From: a candidate division FCPU426 bacterium
GTDB lineage: Bacteria; Oederibacteriota; JAAXVQ01; JAUVAV01
Assembly: GCA_040756875.1 (NCBI GenBank)
Contig: JBFLYH010000001.1
Span: 384,001 to 448,000 of the forward strand
Length of the DNA stretch: 64,000 nucleotides
Direction: 5' to 3'
In this document: positions 52,274 to 61,980 of the stretch, piece after piece
Layout: every line of letters begins with the position of its first letter
Numbering within the stretch: the first letter of the stretch is position 1
Program-made: the position numbers and the translations under genes
The notes under the pieces: model-generated
The model's database searches: none
What the model was told of the DNA's origin: nothing
Seen by the model: only the letters and a program-made list of their open reading frames with translations

Positions 52274-52405
52274 TCGAGTATAGCAGAAAATGATTTCTTG
52301 GCTACCCCTTAAATAATAATGCCCCCGGGGGCGGCGAACCCAGTTGCCTGGACCATGTCTTTAAGCTAAAATACCGCAATTGCTCTAAAGGACAGGGAGG
52401 CTGAC

Positions 52406-53215
52406 ATGGGATCATGGCTGAAATGGGCGGGGGCGGGATTGCTGATCCTGTCAGGAGGGTGCGCGCACCTGGGCGGCTTGTTGGAGCCGCCGCGCGTCTC
52501 CGTGCAATCCTTGCGGCCCGTGTCCATCACCGCCTCGCACCTGGAATTCGTGGCCAAACTGGCGGTCGCAAACCAACTTCCCTTGTCCCTGCCACTCGAG
52601 CAACTGGCGTTTGCAGTGCAAATCAACGGCCATGCTTTTGCCAACGGCGTGCTGGCCAATCTTCCGGCTCTGGGCGCCGGCGAGGAAAAGACGCTGGACG
52701 TGCCTTTTGCAGTGGGCATGAAGGAATTGCTGGCCGTTGTGGGTGAAATTACCTCGCGTTCCCCAATGCGCGTGGATTTCCAGGGACGCCTGAACCTGGG
52801 CGGCCAGGTGCCCCTGCCTGCAGTTCCGTTCGCGCTGGGCGTGGATTTGCCCGTGCCGCGCCTGCCGCGTGTCTCGTTTGCGGGATTCTCGCTGCTCAAG
52901 GGCAATAAAGCCGTGGGTGTGTCTTTCAAATTCGAAAACCTTAATTCCTTTCCCCTGACGTTGAATGCCCTGCAAGCCCAGGTTAAACTCGATCAATCCG
53001 CGTATTCGCTGGTTTCCTTGGCCGAACCCGTGCCCATGAAAGCCGGCCAGACCTCGCTGGTGCAGCTGCAATTGGGTGACAGTTGGCAAAAAGTCGCCGG
53101 CCTGGCCGCTCAACTGATGATGGGTAAAAAACTCACGCCCCGTTTCGCCGGCGAGGCCGCGGCTGACAGCGAATACGGGCAACTCAAGATTCCGCTGGAT
53201 CTCTTGGGCAAGTAG
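52406..53215 (+). CDS. LEA type 2 (WHy) domain lipoprotein, two tandem domains
   Basis: Lipobox-like LSGGC; two PxV...V/xN.N..(S/P)L.L units. Confidence 0.8.
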   Translation: MGSWLKWAGAGLLILSGGCAHLGGLLEPPRVSVQSLRPVSITASHLEFVAKLAVANQLPLSLPLEQLAFAVQINGHAFANGVLANLPALGAGEEKTLDVPFAVGMKELLAVVGEITSRSPMRVDFQGRLNLGGQVPLPAVPFALGVDLPVPRLPRVSFAGFSLLKGNKAVGVSFKFENLNSFPLTLNALQAQVKLDQSAYSLVSLAEPVPMKAGQTSLVQLQLGDSWQKVAGLAAQLMMGKKLTPRFAGEAAADSEYGQLKIPLDLLGK

Positions 53216-53235
53216 GAACAACCGGTGGAACCCAG

Positions 53236-53871
53236 GTGACGCAAATGTGGAAAATCGCGACAGGTATAATTGCTCTTCTGGCGGTTGGCGCTGGCATCGC
53301 TTTCTGGCTCGCCGGCTGGTTCGAACAGCCGAATGTTATGGAAAAACCCGCGGGGCCCTACCTGATGGTGTATGAGAAGTTCGAGGGCGAATACCAGCAG
53401 GCCGGTGAAAAGCTGCTGGATATGACCCACGTTCTCAAAGCACAGGGTTTGCACCCGGTAAAACAATTCTACATGTATTTCGACAATCCCCTGGAGAGCG
53501 AGCGCGGCCGTCTGCGCTACATCGCTGGAATCATCCTGGATGAGGCGGATGCCAGCCGGTTCCCGGAGATCGCCCAAACTTACGTAGTCAGGACTTTCCC
53601 GCTCCAAGACTGCCTCAAAGCCGTCACCTCCTACCGGACGCGCCTGTCGACTCTCTTCGGGATCATGAAAGTGTATCCGGCGCTGGAAAAACTCCGCGAA
53701 CAACGCGGATATGCTAAAAATCCGTTCGTGGAAATATATGACGAGACCAACCAGCTGATTGTCTACTTGCTGCCCGTGGAGTCCAGGACCAAGTGGACGG
53801 AGGATTATTATCTCCGTGCTGAAGTGGCCGGGCAGGCGGCGCCCGTGACCCCGTCTGCTAAAACACCATAA
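53236..53871 (+). CDS. Membrane-anchored GyrI-like small-molecule-binding protein
   Basis: N-terminal TM helix; GEY, YFDNP....LRY..G, KVYP.L, EIYD. Confidence 0.72.
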   Translation: MTQMWKIATGIIALLAVGAGIAFWLAGWFEQPNVMEKPAGPYLMVYEKFEGEYQQAGEKLLDMTHVLKAQGLHPVKQFYMYFDNPLESERGRLRYIAGIILDEADASRFPEIAQTYVVRTFPLQDCLKAVTSYRTRLSTLFGIMKVYPALEKLREQRGYAKNPFVEIYDETNQLIVYLLPVESRTKWTEDYYLRAEVAGQAAPVTPSAKTP

Positions 53872-53897
53872 TCCATTCCCTTTGAACGGAGCGTGCC

Positions 53898-54527
53898 ATG
53901 AGACTGAACAATTTCCCCAAAGCAATGCCTGGATGGGCGGCGGTCGCGCTTCTCCTGATCCTGGGGCCGGCGATGGTTCTGGCCGCCGGCAATCCTCCGC
54001 AAAACCAGGAGGCGGAAGTCCTGGCTGTAGAGGACGCGAACCTACTGCGCGTGCGGATAGGCCAAGCCGCCAGCCTGGTGCAGTTGGCTGGTTTGCAGCG
54101 GACCGGGTACGAGCTTGCGCCCGAACGATGCCAACGGGAGTCCAAAGAGCATCCCAAGGTTTGCCAGTTGGGCGATACTGTCTGCGCCGCGGGACTTGCG
54201 GAGGACGATCCATGTCATCCGCGGGTGCAGTCCTATCGGAACTTGAGGGCCCAGGCGTTTTTACAGGGATTGATTGAGGGGCAGAAAGTTCGGCTTCAAT
54301 ATCTTGCTTTTCAGACGGATTCCGGCCCGCGGCCGGCGCTGGTTTATCGGAGCCTGGATGGTATTTTCGTCAACCTGGCCATGGTGAGGAAGGGCTACGC
54401 CTTAGTGGCGGAAAAACCCGACTTCGAGCAGTTGGAAAGCCTGCGCCAGGCCCAAACCCAGGCCCGCGGAGAAAAGGCGGGGTTGTGGGGCGCGCCGCTG
54501 CCGGTGGAACAACCTCCCGCGCCTTAA
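53898..54527 (+). CDS. Thermonuclease (SNase)-family protein with degenerate active site
   Basis: Signal peptide; VNLAMVRKGYA and AQTQARGEKAGLW are typical of SNase C-termini; the usual DGDT reads DANL. Confidence 0.75.
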   Translation: MRLNNFPKAMPGWAAVALLLILGPAMVLAAGNPPQNQEAEVLAVEDANLLRVRIGQAASLVQLAGLQRTGYELAPERCQRESKEHPKVCQLGDTVCAAGLAEDDPCHPRVQSYRNLRAQAFLQGLIEGQKVRLQYLAFQTDSGPRPALVYRSLDGIFVNLAMVRKGYALVAEKPDFEQLESLRQAQTQARGEKAGLWGAPLPVEQPPAP

Positions 54528-54535
54528 ACGAACGG

Positions 54536-54564
54536 CCGCTTCGCGCCAAGCCCGGCGCAAGCGG
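54536..54564. terminator. GC-rich hairpin between convergent genes (possible terminator)
   Basis: CCGCTT-c-GCGCC / GGCGC-AAGCGG stem; no clear U tract. Confidence 0.35.
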
Positions 54565-54576
54565 TTGGGAGTCCTC

Positions 54577-55356
54577 TCACAAGGTGGGCAATTCCGGTTC
54601 GGGTTTTTCCCATTCATAGGAGTCAATCACCCGATAAACCGCCATTTTCTTGTCGGTCGTCTGGCCCTGATGCTGCAGCAGGCGCTGACGTTTGGCGTCG
54701 TACCAGAAATAGTATTTATACGGCCAAAAAGACGCCAAACGGCCTTCGGCAATAGCCAGTTCGAAGCATAATGCGGACACTTCGGAGGATTGCCAGGCGA
54801 GATTCTCGGTCTTCACGTGCTTGAGATACATCGGCACCGGCCCGACCAACTGTGCGATAAGAAAGCGCAGGAACGGATCGGGAATGCGGCTGAGATTGCT
54901 TTGCACCAGTTTGAAGTTCAGCCGGCCGTTCACAGGCGGTTGAAACACTGAAAAAAGGTAAAACAGGGAACCGCTGTTGTCGAAAATATCCCCCTCCAGT
55001 GGATAACGGACGTTCAGGTCGCCTTTCATTTCCAAATATTTTTCCCGGTAATGATAAACGGTCTGGGAGGTCAACCGCCGCTCCGGATTGTAGTACATTG
55101 CCCGCATGAGGCGGTGCGGCGGTTCGAAAAAGGCGACCTCTTTGTCGCCGAATTCATTGTAATAGGTGACTACGGTCAGGCCGGGCTGGAATTCCACGAC
55201 CATGGTGTTTTGCTGGTGCGTGTCCTCGATCTGCAGATCCAGGATGAATGTTTCCATGCGGACCGCGGCCGCCGGGACCGGCTGCCAGGCCGCTGCCGAG
55301 GCGGCAATGACAAGCGGCAGCATCTTTACTAGAGGAAGTAGCTTCCTTCGGGTCAT
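54577..55356 (-). CDS. Hypothetical exported protein
   Basis: Signal-peptide-like N-terminus and beta-rich body; 4-nt overlap with the upstream hydrolase gene. Confidence 0.75.
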   Translation of the reverse strand: MTRRKLLPLVKMLPLVIAASAAAWQPVPAAAVRMETFILDLQIEDTHQQNTMVVEFQPGLTVVTYYNEFGDKEVAFFEPPHRLMRAMYYNPERRLTSQTVYHYREKYLEMKGDLNVRYPLEGDIFDNSGSLFYLFSVFQPPVNGRLNFKLVQSNLSRIPDPFLRFLIAQLVGPVPMYLKHVKTENLAWQSSEVSALCFELAIAEGRLASFWPYKYYFWYDAKRQRLLQHQGQTTDKKMAVYRVIDSYEWEKPEPELPTL

Positions 55357-57092
55357 GCGTTCCTGCCTTCTTCCAGCCTGTAGAGGCGCAGTTCGAGGCT
55401 CGCCGCCTGCAGGTGTTCCGGGCCCCCTTCTTCAGAAGCCTGCACACGGATCTCCAAGAACGGGTTCTTTGTATCATCCCAAAAGAGCGGATGAATGTCC
55501 AGTTCCACGGTGCGCCAGGTTTGCGTGCCGGTTTTGCGGAAACGGGCCAATTCCACTCCCGCCGGCTCCCCGGGGTTGACTTGCACAATGCGCAGGAACA
55601 ACCGGTTGTCGTCAAGGAAGGTGATCTGCAGCCGGCCGGTCAACCCGCGCACCTGTTGCCAGGGCAGCGCAGCCGGCTTGAGGTTGAGCACCACCGCAGG
55701 GGGCGTTTCGGATTGCTCACGGGAGGCAACTTCCAGGCCGGCGGGCGTTTCTTCGGCCGCCCACGCCAGGCGCACATCCCGTTGGGAGAGAAGGGAACGC
55801 GCGCGGATTGTTTCGCCCTCGAGCGAAGTCAGCAGGGATTCGGCGTGTTGGTCGGGTGCATGGCTTAACGCCAAAGCCGTCTGCTCCGCGAGTTTGGACA
55901 GCCGGGAACGGATGTCAGCGGGTCCGCCCATTCGCTCCAGGAACCGTAGGAACCGGCGGCATTCGTACAGACGCAGTGGCCAGCGCAGGCTCTCGGCGGA
56001 CAGGCGGAGCTTTTTCCACTCACTGATCCGGCGCTGCGTGGCTTCGAGCTCCGCATAGCCCAGCTCCCGGCTGGGTTCGATGATCGTCGATTCCACCCAG
56101 TCATTCCAGGTTTCCTGCAAAATTGTCGAGGCGCCGGAGCGGACAGCCAGGTCCCAAGTTCGTTGCAGCATGCGGCCATCTTCCCGCGGAACGTAACGCG
56201 CCAAGTCCTCGCCCCAGGCCCGGCCGCGGTGGTCGTCAAACCCGGGCCAGACGCCGGCCAGAAACAGAGCCAGGCGGCGTTCCCGCACGGCAGCCTGGGC
56301 GTGCGCATAAAAATGACCGAGATGATTGGTCTGGGCGGCCAGGTCGCCGATGCGGTCATAGGGGCTGTTGGCCGGAACCGGTGAACCGTACGGCAAGACC
56401 CAGGGATAGAACCCGTCCAGCTGATCCAGAAGCTCGGTCTGATAATGGGGGGACAGCAGCAGGGGTTCGAAATCCCGGACCGCTGCCCGCAGGGCCTGGA
56501 TTTCATTGGCGGAGAAATGCGTGTCCCGTACCACGGTCGGAAGATAATCGCCGGCGCGCACGCCGAAGATCAAAATCAGCGGCCGTCCGTTGACCCGGAC
56601 GCCGGCCCGGCTGTATACCTCTCCCAGAACCTGCCGCAGCGTTGCTTTGGCTGCTTCCAGCATTTCCACGCGGTTTTCAGCGCCTACCTGGTTGGTGAAA
56701 TTAACCGGGATCCAGTGGATGCCAACCTTGAAGCTGTATTTCTCCGCCAGACGCGCCATGCGGATGGGCACTTGCCCGTCATGGCCCTGGCTGGTGGAAA
56801 ATTCGCACAAGAACCCGTCCAGACCGGCCAGTTTGGCCAGCAGAATATGGTACTCAAGCACGTCCGGATCCAGGGTATCGTACGGGCCAATCAGGGGATA
56901 AAACGGGGTGGAGGTTTCCTTGCGGTCTGCGCCGGGCGAAAGATACAAATCGCCGCTCCATTGGACTTTTTCGCCGTGATAATAGCGCCACTGATCCGAT
57001 TGGCCGGACACGTCGCGGGTTTGGAAGCTCGTGAAATAATCGGCGAAAATTTGCCGGGGTGTGGAACCGGGAACAGGGGAAGGGGCTGACAT
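55353..57092 (-). CDS. GH99/GH71-like glycoside hydrolase with C-terminal accessory domain
   Basis: YPLIGPYD..DP.VLEYH.LLAK.AG.DGF, WPGFDD, TWNDWVESTIIEP. ATG 57092 lies just after the stop of the upstream barrel gene; the track start at 57314 overlaps that gene. Confidence 0.8.
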   Translation of the reverse strand: MSAPSPVPGSTPRQIFADYFTSFQTRDVSGQSDQWRYYHGEKVQWSGDLYLSPGADRKETSTPFYPLIGPYDTLDPDVLEYHILLAKLAGLDGFLCEFSTSQGHDGQVPIRMARLAEKYSFKVGIHWIPVNFTNQVGAENRVEMLEAAKATLRQVLGEVYSRAGVRVNGRPLILIFGVRAGDYLPTVVRDTHFSANEIQALRAAVRDFEPLLLSPHYQTELLDQLDGFYPWVLPYGSPVPANSPYDRIGDLAAQTNHLGHFYAHAQAAVRERRLALFLAGVWPGFDDHRGRAWGEDLARYVPREDGRMLQRTWDLAVRSGASTILQETWNDWVESTIIEPSRELGYAELEATQRRISEWKKLRLSAESLRWPLRLYECRRFLRFLERMGGPADIRSRLSKLAEQTALALSHAPDQHAESLLTSLEGETIRARSLLSQRDVRLAWAAEETPAGLEVASREQSETPPAVVLNLKPAALPWQQVRGLTGRLQITFLDDNRLFLRIVQVNPGEPAGVELARFRKTGTQTWRTVELDIHPLFWDDTKNPFLEIRVQASEEGGPEHLQAASLELRLYRLEEGRNA

Positions 57093-57100
57093 GCGCTGAG

Positions 57101-57859
57101 TTAAAAATAGAAATTGAATTGATAACGCACGAACGGCCCGCTGTAGTCGATGGACAAATCGCTTCCACCGGGCGTTTGCGGGGTAATTTCCGCGCCTTGG
57201 AGGTCTTTGGCCAGGATCGATTCGATCTTCGCCCACCGGTAACCGGCTTCCAATCCCAGAGAAAACCACTCCCACACCCAGAATTCCACGCCTGCCATGG
57301 CTTTCATCCCCCAACCCTGTCCACGGAAGGGAATGCCTTGGGAGGAGTATACGGTGCCGGTGAGCGTGCCCCGCGATTCCATCGCTTCGGAAGCGTTGGT
57401 CAGGGAGATGAAGGACCAGCCTGCCCCGGCCGAGAGGACCAGCAGATGATTAACCGGCCAGGCGGCCCGCACCACTCCGCTCAATTCCAGGGCCGGAACG
57501 CGCAGAATATAATATTGATCCTGCGGCGGGAAAGGCGCGCCGGCGCCCAGTTTGACCGAGGTGTCGGTGGTCAGGTAGGAAAGATCCAGGCCGGCCAGCA
57601 GATAATCGCAGATGCCGTATTGCAGGCCTGTGCCCAGGTCCAATCCCCAGGACATGGACGGAACCGAGGGGGTCGTGGGCAGGGGCAGGAGCACGGAATG
57701 CCGGACAGCCAACGCGCGGTTGAGGTCGTCCATGGAAAAGAAGCCCAGCCCCGGATGCAGCGACAGCATGAACCGCCCGCCCAGCGGCGCCGCGGGCAGG
57801 AAGGCCGGAAGCAAACCGGATAAAAGCAATACGATGAAAGACCACAGTGGCTTTTTCAT
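57101..57859 (-). CDS. Outer-membrane beta-barrel protein
   Basis: MKKPLW signal peptide, amphipathic strands, GLEAGYRWAK and terminal YQFNFYF. Confidence 0.85.
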   Translation of the reverse strand: MKKPLWSFIVLLLSGLLPAFLPAAPLGGRFMLSLHPGLGFFSMDDLNRALAVRHSVLLPLPTTPSVPSMSWGLDLGTGLQYGICDYLLAGLDLSYLTTDTSVKLGAGAPFPPQDQYYILRVPALELSGVVRAAWPVNHLLVLSAGAGWSFISLTNASEAMESRGTLTGTVYSSQGIPFRGQGWGMKAMAGVEFWVWEWFSLGLEAGYRWAKIESILAKDLQGAEITPQTPGGSDLSIDYSGPFVRYQFNFYF

Positions 57860-58117
57860 TGGTGCAAATCGCCTCGGACGGGCTTTGGATAGGCCTAGTA
57901 TAGGAAACAGGCAATTAAATTTAAAGAGATATTTTAAATTTGGCGTTAAGATGCCGTTAACTATCATTTGAAACGCACTTCGGCCAGAAGTCGGTAAAGG
58001 ATTCAGGGGAATGGGGCCAATCAATGTTATTCCGACTTATTTGCAGGCCCCATTTTCCTTGTTATTTAGAAGGGTTTATACTATTATTACACACACGGTT
58101 TTCATTTTCCGGTTGAG

Positions 58118-59845
58118 GTGATTCCCTTGAGAAAGCTACTTCTGTTTTTCGCGGCTTGTTCATTGTCGATCTCAACCGCACATGCGGCTTCGGTCGAAGC
58201 GTTCACGTTTGATCCCAGCACGACCATAACGGCGGTTGCGGGTTTTTCTTTCCTGACGAACTTGGTGAAAACTACGGATGGCGGCCAGGATGGCACGTAC
58301 AACGGAACTGCCAACGTGGTTGCGGTCCATCAAACCCGCGGCCCAGTGACCATCACGCCTTCCCAGGTCACTTTCACGGGCGGCCGGATCAACGGTACGA
58401 GTTTTCAAATTGATATCGCCGGCCCTATCGATGTGACGTTGACGGATACTGTCACTCCCGCGCTCACCAGCTGGGCCGGCCATGTGGATGTCGGCCCCGG
58501 GGCGGTGCATCACTTTACCACGCTGTATCAGCAAGGGCCTGTAATGCGCATAACCCAACCTGGCACCTCCACACCCGGATACACCCCCTACTGGGTTACC
58601 ATTACTGCTGGCGCGCCCTGCGCGGTTTCGATCGTGGCGTTGGATATGCTGAATAACACCATTCCCATTGGCGCCACGATCACGGTGTCTGATAACTATT
58701 CAGTGCCGATCTGGTCAGATGTACAAAGCCAAATTCTTGGCATTGCCAGTTACAATTGGACGCCCAATCCGCCAACCACGGCGCCTAATTTCACTTTCTT
58801 AATCAATCCAGCCTCGCCGTATGAAAATCCTTCATTGTATCCGATTCTCGGCAACGGCGTTTCACTGGTCATTCCCACCACCTATTACATCTGGATTTCC
58901 GCACCAGCGACGGTTTATGCCGGCGTTCCTTTCTCGGTCCAATTTTCCGCCTCGGACAGCAATCTCTATAACAGCCCTCAATCCAGCGCCAGCAGTTACG
59001 TATTGCAAGTCAACGCCCTGTTGTTGGATGCGAGCCCGGGGAACGGCACGCTGACGCCGCAGACCGTGCAGATCGGCACGGATGGCACCAAGACGCAGAA
59101 TTTTACCTACACCCGGGCCGAAACGATTTACCTGGACGTGTCGAAGATCTCGCCCACGGGCAGCGGCACGCGCACCATCGAGCGCGCCTTCTCGCCGCAG
59201 ATCCAGGTGATGGCCAGTTCGCCGACGCAGATTTCGGCTTCGGCCGCGCCGACGGCCATCCAGGCCGGCAAAACCTCGGTCATTTCCGCGACCGTGCTGG
59301 ACGCCTACCAGAACCCCGTGCCCAATGTCCCGGTCAGCTTCACCAAGACCCAGGGCTCGGCTGAATCGGTCATTTCGCCGGCCACGGCCCAGACCAATGA
59401 CAGCGGCGTGGCGCAGGCAACGCTGACCGGCGGCATCACGAACGAGACCGTGGCCATTGAATGCCGCGCCAACACCCTGGTGGCAAGCACGAGCGTCCGG
59501 GTGTCCGTGGCCTCGCCGGACGGCGATGCCATGATCAATTATCCGAATCCCTTCGACCCCAACGAGACGAAAACTTCCATCAATTATTTCCTCAATTACG
59601 AATCGGAAATGGAAATCCGAATCTATGACGCCTTTGGCCGCGTGGTGCTGGCCAAGGATCTGAAACCCGGCCAGGGCAGTGGCGATTTCGCCAATGCCAC
59701 ACTGTCCGGAGGCGCCAATTTCCTCTGGGACGGCCGGAACGGGGAAGGCCGTGTGGTCGCCAACGGCATTTACCTGGTCAAAGTCAAAGCCAAGAGCCGA
59801 AACGGCACACAAGAATTTAAACGACGCGTGGGGGTGATTAAATGA
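58118..59845 (+). CDS. Secreted Ig-like (Big_1) repeat protein with FlgD-Ig/T9SS-like C-terminal domain
   Basis: Signal peptide; Thr/Ser-rich beta domains; DAYQNPVPNVPVSF...TNDSGVA; NYPNPF...IRIYDAFGRVV...WDGRN..G..VANGIYL. Confidence 0.88.
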   Translation: MIPLRKLLLFFAACSLSISTAHAASVEAFTFDPSTTITAVAGFSFLTNLVKTTDGGQDGTYNGTANVVAVHQTRGPVTITPSQVTFTGGRINGTSFQIDIAGPIDVTLTDTVTPALTSWAGHVDVGPGAVHHFTTLYQQGPVMRITQPGTSTPGYTPYWVTITAGAPCAVSIVALDMLNNTIPIGATITVSDNYSVPIWSDVQSQILGIASYNWTPNPPTTAPNFTFLINPASPYENPSLYPILGNGVSLVIPTTYYIWISAPATVYAGVPFSVQFSASDSNLYNSPQSSASSYVLQVNALLLDASPGNGTLTPQTVQIGTDGTKTQNFTYTRAETIYLDVSKISPTGSGTRTIERAFSPQIQVMASSPTQISASAAPTAIQAGKTSVISATVLDAYQNPVPNVPVSFTKTQGSAESVISPATAQTNDSGVAQATLTGGITNETVAIECRANTLVASTSVRVSVASPDGDAMINYPNPFDPNETKTSINYFLNYESEMEIRIYDAFGRVVLAKDLKPGQGSGDFANATLSGGANFLWDGRNGEGRVVANGIYLVKVKAKSRNGTQEFKRRVGVIK

Positions 59846-61110
59846 AGCGCCTGATCCGCACCCTGGGAACGATGCTGCTGTCCGCGGCCCTGGCTTTTTC
59901 GGCTGAGGGTGTGTGCCTGGCCGGCTCGAACGGAGACGCCGGCCAAGCCGGAGCGTTTCTCACTTATGGAGCCGGCGCGCGCGCCATCGGCATGGGCCGT
60001 GCCTTTGTCGGCTTGGCCGACGACGCCACGGCTGTTTATTGGAATCCGGGCGGCCTTTCCGGCTTGCGGCAAAATCAAGTGTTGCTGCAGCACGCTTTAT
60101 TGGTGGATGGCAGCACGTACCAGTATCTCGGATACGGGCATATCCTGCCTTATATCGGATCAGTTGGATTCGGATTGCTCATGTTGAACCAGGGCGATGC
60201 CGAAGGCCGCACGATCGACAACCAGGTGACCTCGAGTTTCAACAACCGTCAATTGGGTGTGTTGCTCGGGTTTGGCTCGGATCTTACCCCCCAGCTGGCC
60301 GTGGGCGGCAGCCTTAAATTAATCAACCAGACTTTCTACAATCTGAGCGGAACGGGTTTTGGCCTGGACCTGGGGCTGATGTACCGGGTTTTACCTATGC
60401 TTAATCTCGGCCTGGCGTTCCAGAATTTGCTGGCGCCGTCGATCACCCTGAAATCCGCGGCTGAAACCTATCCAATGAACATGGCTTTCGGCGTGGGCGC
60501 CCTGTTGTTTGAGGAACGCCTGAAGCTTGATTTGGATCTTGCTAAAAATATGGAACAGGATTCTCTCAAACCCCGGTTCGGCTTCGAGCTGGCGCCGGTG
60601 CCCGACCTGCGCGATTTATGCGTGCGCGCCGGCATTGATGACACTGAAATAGGCGTGGGCGCGGGATATGCATATCAGGGTTTTCAATTGGATTATGCCC
60701 TGGGCTTCCAGACAGTCGAAATGATGCATAAAGTGACCCTGTCTTACGGTTTCGGCGGTTTCGTGCTGGAAGTGAATCCGGAACCGGCCTCCTTTTCGCC
60801 CGTGGGCATCAATAAAGTCTCCGTCCTTAGAATCAAGTCCCATACCAAATTCCAAATTCGCGTCTGGACCATGGAAATCACCAACGAAGCCGGCGCCTTG
60901 GTGCGGAAGTACACCGGCGAAGGCATGCCGCCTTCCCATATCGTTTGGGATGGGCTGCAGGATAACCTCACTCCCATGCCAGATGGGAGATACCAGGTGG
61001 TTCTGACCGTGGAAGACGCCTCCGGTGCAACCAGAAAATCCTCGGAAGCCTGGGTAAGCATCCAGAGTGTCTTGCCTTTGGGTGTATCGCCGGTAGAAGT
61101 GGTCGAGTAA
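59842..61110 (+). CDS. PorV/PorQ (UPF0164)-like outer-membrane barrel with C-terminal FlgD-Ig-like domain
   Basis: AFL..GAGARAIGMG.AF.GLADDATAVYWNPGGL, GFGLDLGLMY; C-terminal FSP...WDG......PDG.Y. Confidence 0.88.
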   Translation: MKRLIRTLGTMLLSAALAFSAEGVCLAGSNGDAGQAGAFLTYGAGARAIGMGRAFVGLADDATAVYWNPGGLSGLRQNQVLLQHALLVDGSTYQYLGYGHILPYIGSVGFGLLMLNQGDAEGRTIDNQVTSSFNNRQLGVLLGFGSDLTPQLAVGGSLKLINQTFYNLSGTGFGLDLGLMYRVLPMLNLGLAFQNLLAPSITLKSAAETYPMNMAFGVGALLFEERLKLDLDLAKNMEQDSLKPRFGFELAPVPDLRDLCVRAGIDDTEIGVGAGYAYQGFQLDYALGFQTVEMMHKVTLSYGFGGFVLEVNPEPASFSPVGINKVSVLRIKSHTKFQIRVWTMEITNEAGALVRKYTGEGMPPSHIVWDGLQDNLTPMPDGRYQVVLTVEDASGATRKSSEAWVSIQSVLPLGVSPVEVVE

Positions 61111-61248
61111 ACCCTGGCAACGGTAGCTCGCTAGCGCGTGGGTCCGGAAAGGTCTCTGGACAACCGAATCCTATAAACGCCTTTTTGACATTTCTTAAAA
61201 CCTAGATTCCTGCCAGGGGATTGAAAAACAATAATTTTTCAGTACTCC

Positions 61249-61277
61249 TTGACTTCCGGAAGATAAATTGTTAATAT
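61249..61277 (+). promoter_or_regulatory. Putative sigma70 promoter
   Basis: TTGACT, 17 nt spacer, then TAATAT with TG extension, in an AT-rich intergenic region. Confidence 0.45.
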
Positions 61278-61371
61278 TTGTCTAGTTTTTGGGGTACCTG
61301 TATTTTATTGTGTTTTTCCACCAGGCTCGCATTACAGAGCCAACCATTCCATCACAAAGGGGAGACCCACA

Positions 61372-61935
61372 GTGGCCCAGCAGGCACAGCCTCAGCAGCC
61401 GACATTTAAACGCAAGCAGATTTACATCAATATGGATCTGCAGTTTAAATACTCCCTGATTCTTATTTTCACCATGTTCGTAGAGATGGTGATCGTTGGA
61501 TTGGCCCTGCTGTATGTTTTTTCCCAGCCTAAGCCCGACATTCCGGGGGCCAATATCTATTTCATCTATAAAGTGGTTTTGGCCATCATTATTTTCCTGA
61601 CCTTGTGCAACATTACCGTGGGTGTTTGCCTTTCCCATAAAGTGGCCGGCCCCTTGTTCCGTTTTGTCATGGTTTCGCGTGAATTAGCCAACGGGAATTT
61701 AAAAATCCAGGCCAATCTGCGCAAAGGCGACGAGCTTCGCGAACTGGAGGCCGCATTCAATGATATGACCGAGCGGCTGCGCTCTGTCATTCGGGATGAC
61801 CGCAAACGGCTTGAGGATATCAAGGACGCAGTCAAGGTAATCGAGGAGAATGCCCCGAAATCTGGAAAAATTCAGGAAGAAATACAATTTATCCGGGAGG
61901 CCGTTGACAAGGTAACCAGATATTTTACGATTTAG
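61372..61935 (+). CDS. Small 2-TM HAMP-domain protein (no signalling output domain)
   Basis: KRKQIYI...QFKY, two TMs, SHKVAGPLFR...GNL....LRKGDEL.EL..AFN.M; GGGAG RBS. Confidence 0.85.
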   Translation: MAQQAQPQQPTFKRKQIYINMDLQFKYSLILIFTMFVEMVIVGLALLYVFSQPKPDIPGANIYFIYKVVLAIIIFLTLCNITVGVCLSHKVAGPLFRFVMVSRELANGNLKIQANLRKGDELRELEAAFNDMTERLRSVIRDDRKRLEDIKDAVKVIEENAPKSGKIQEEIQFIREAVDKVTRYFTI

Positions 61936-61980
61936 TATCACCGGTTGCAGTCGCGGTTGTGTATGCTGATGAGGGGTCAT

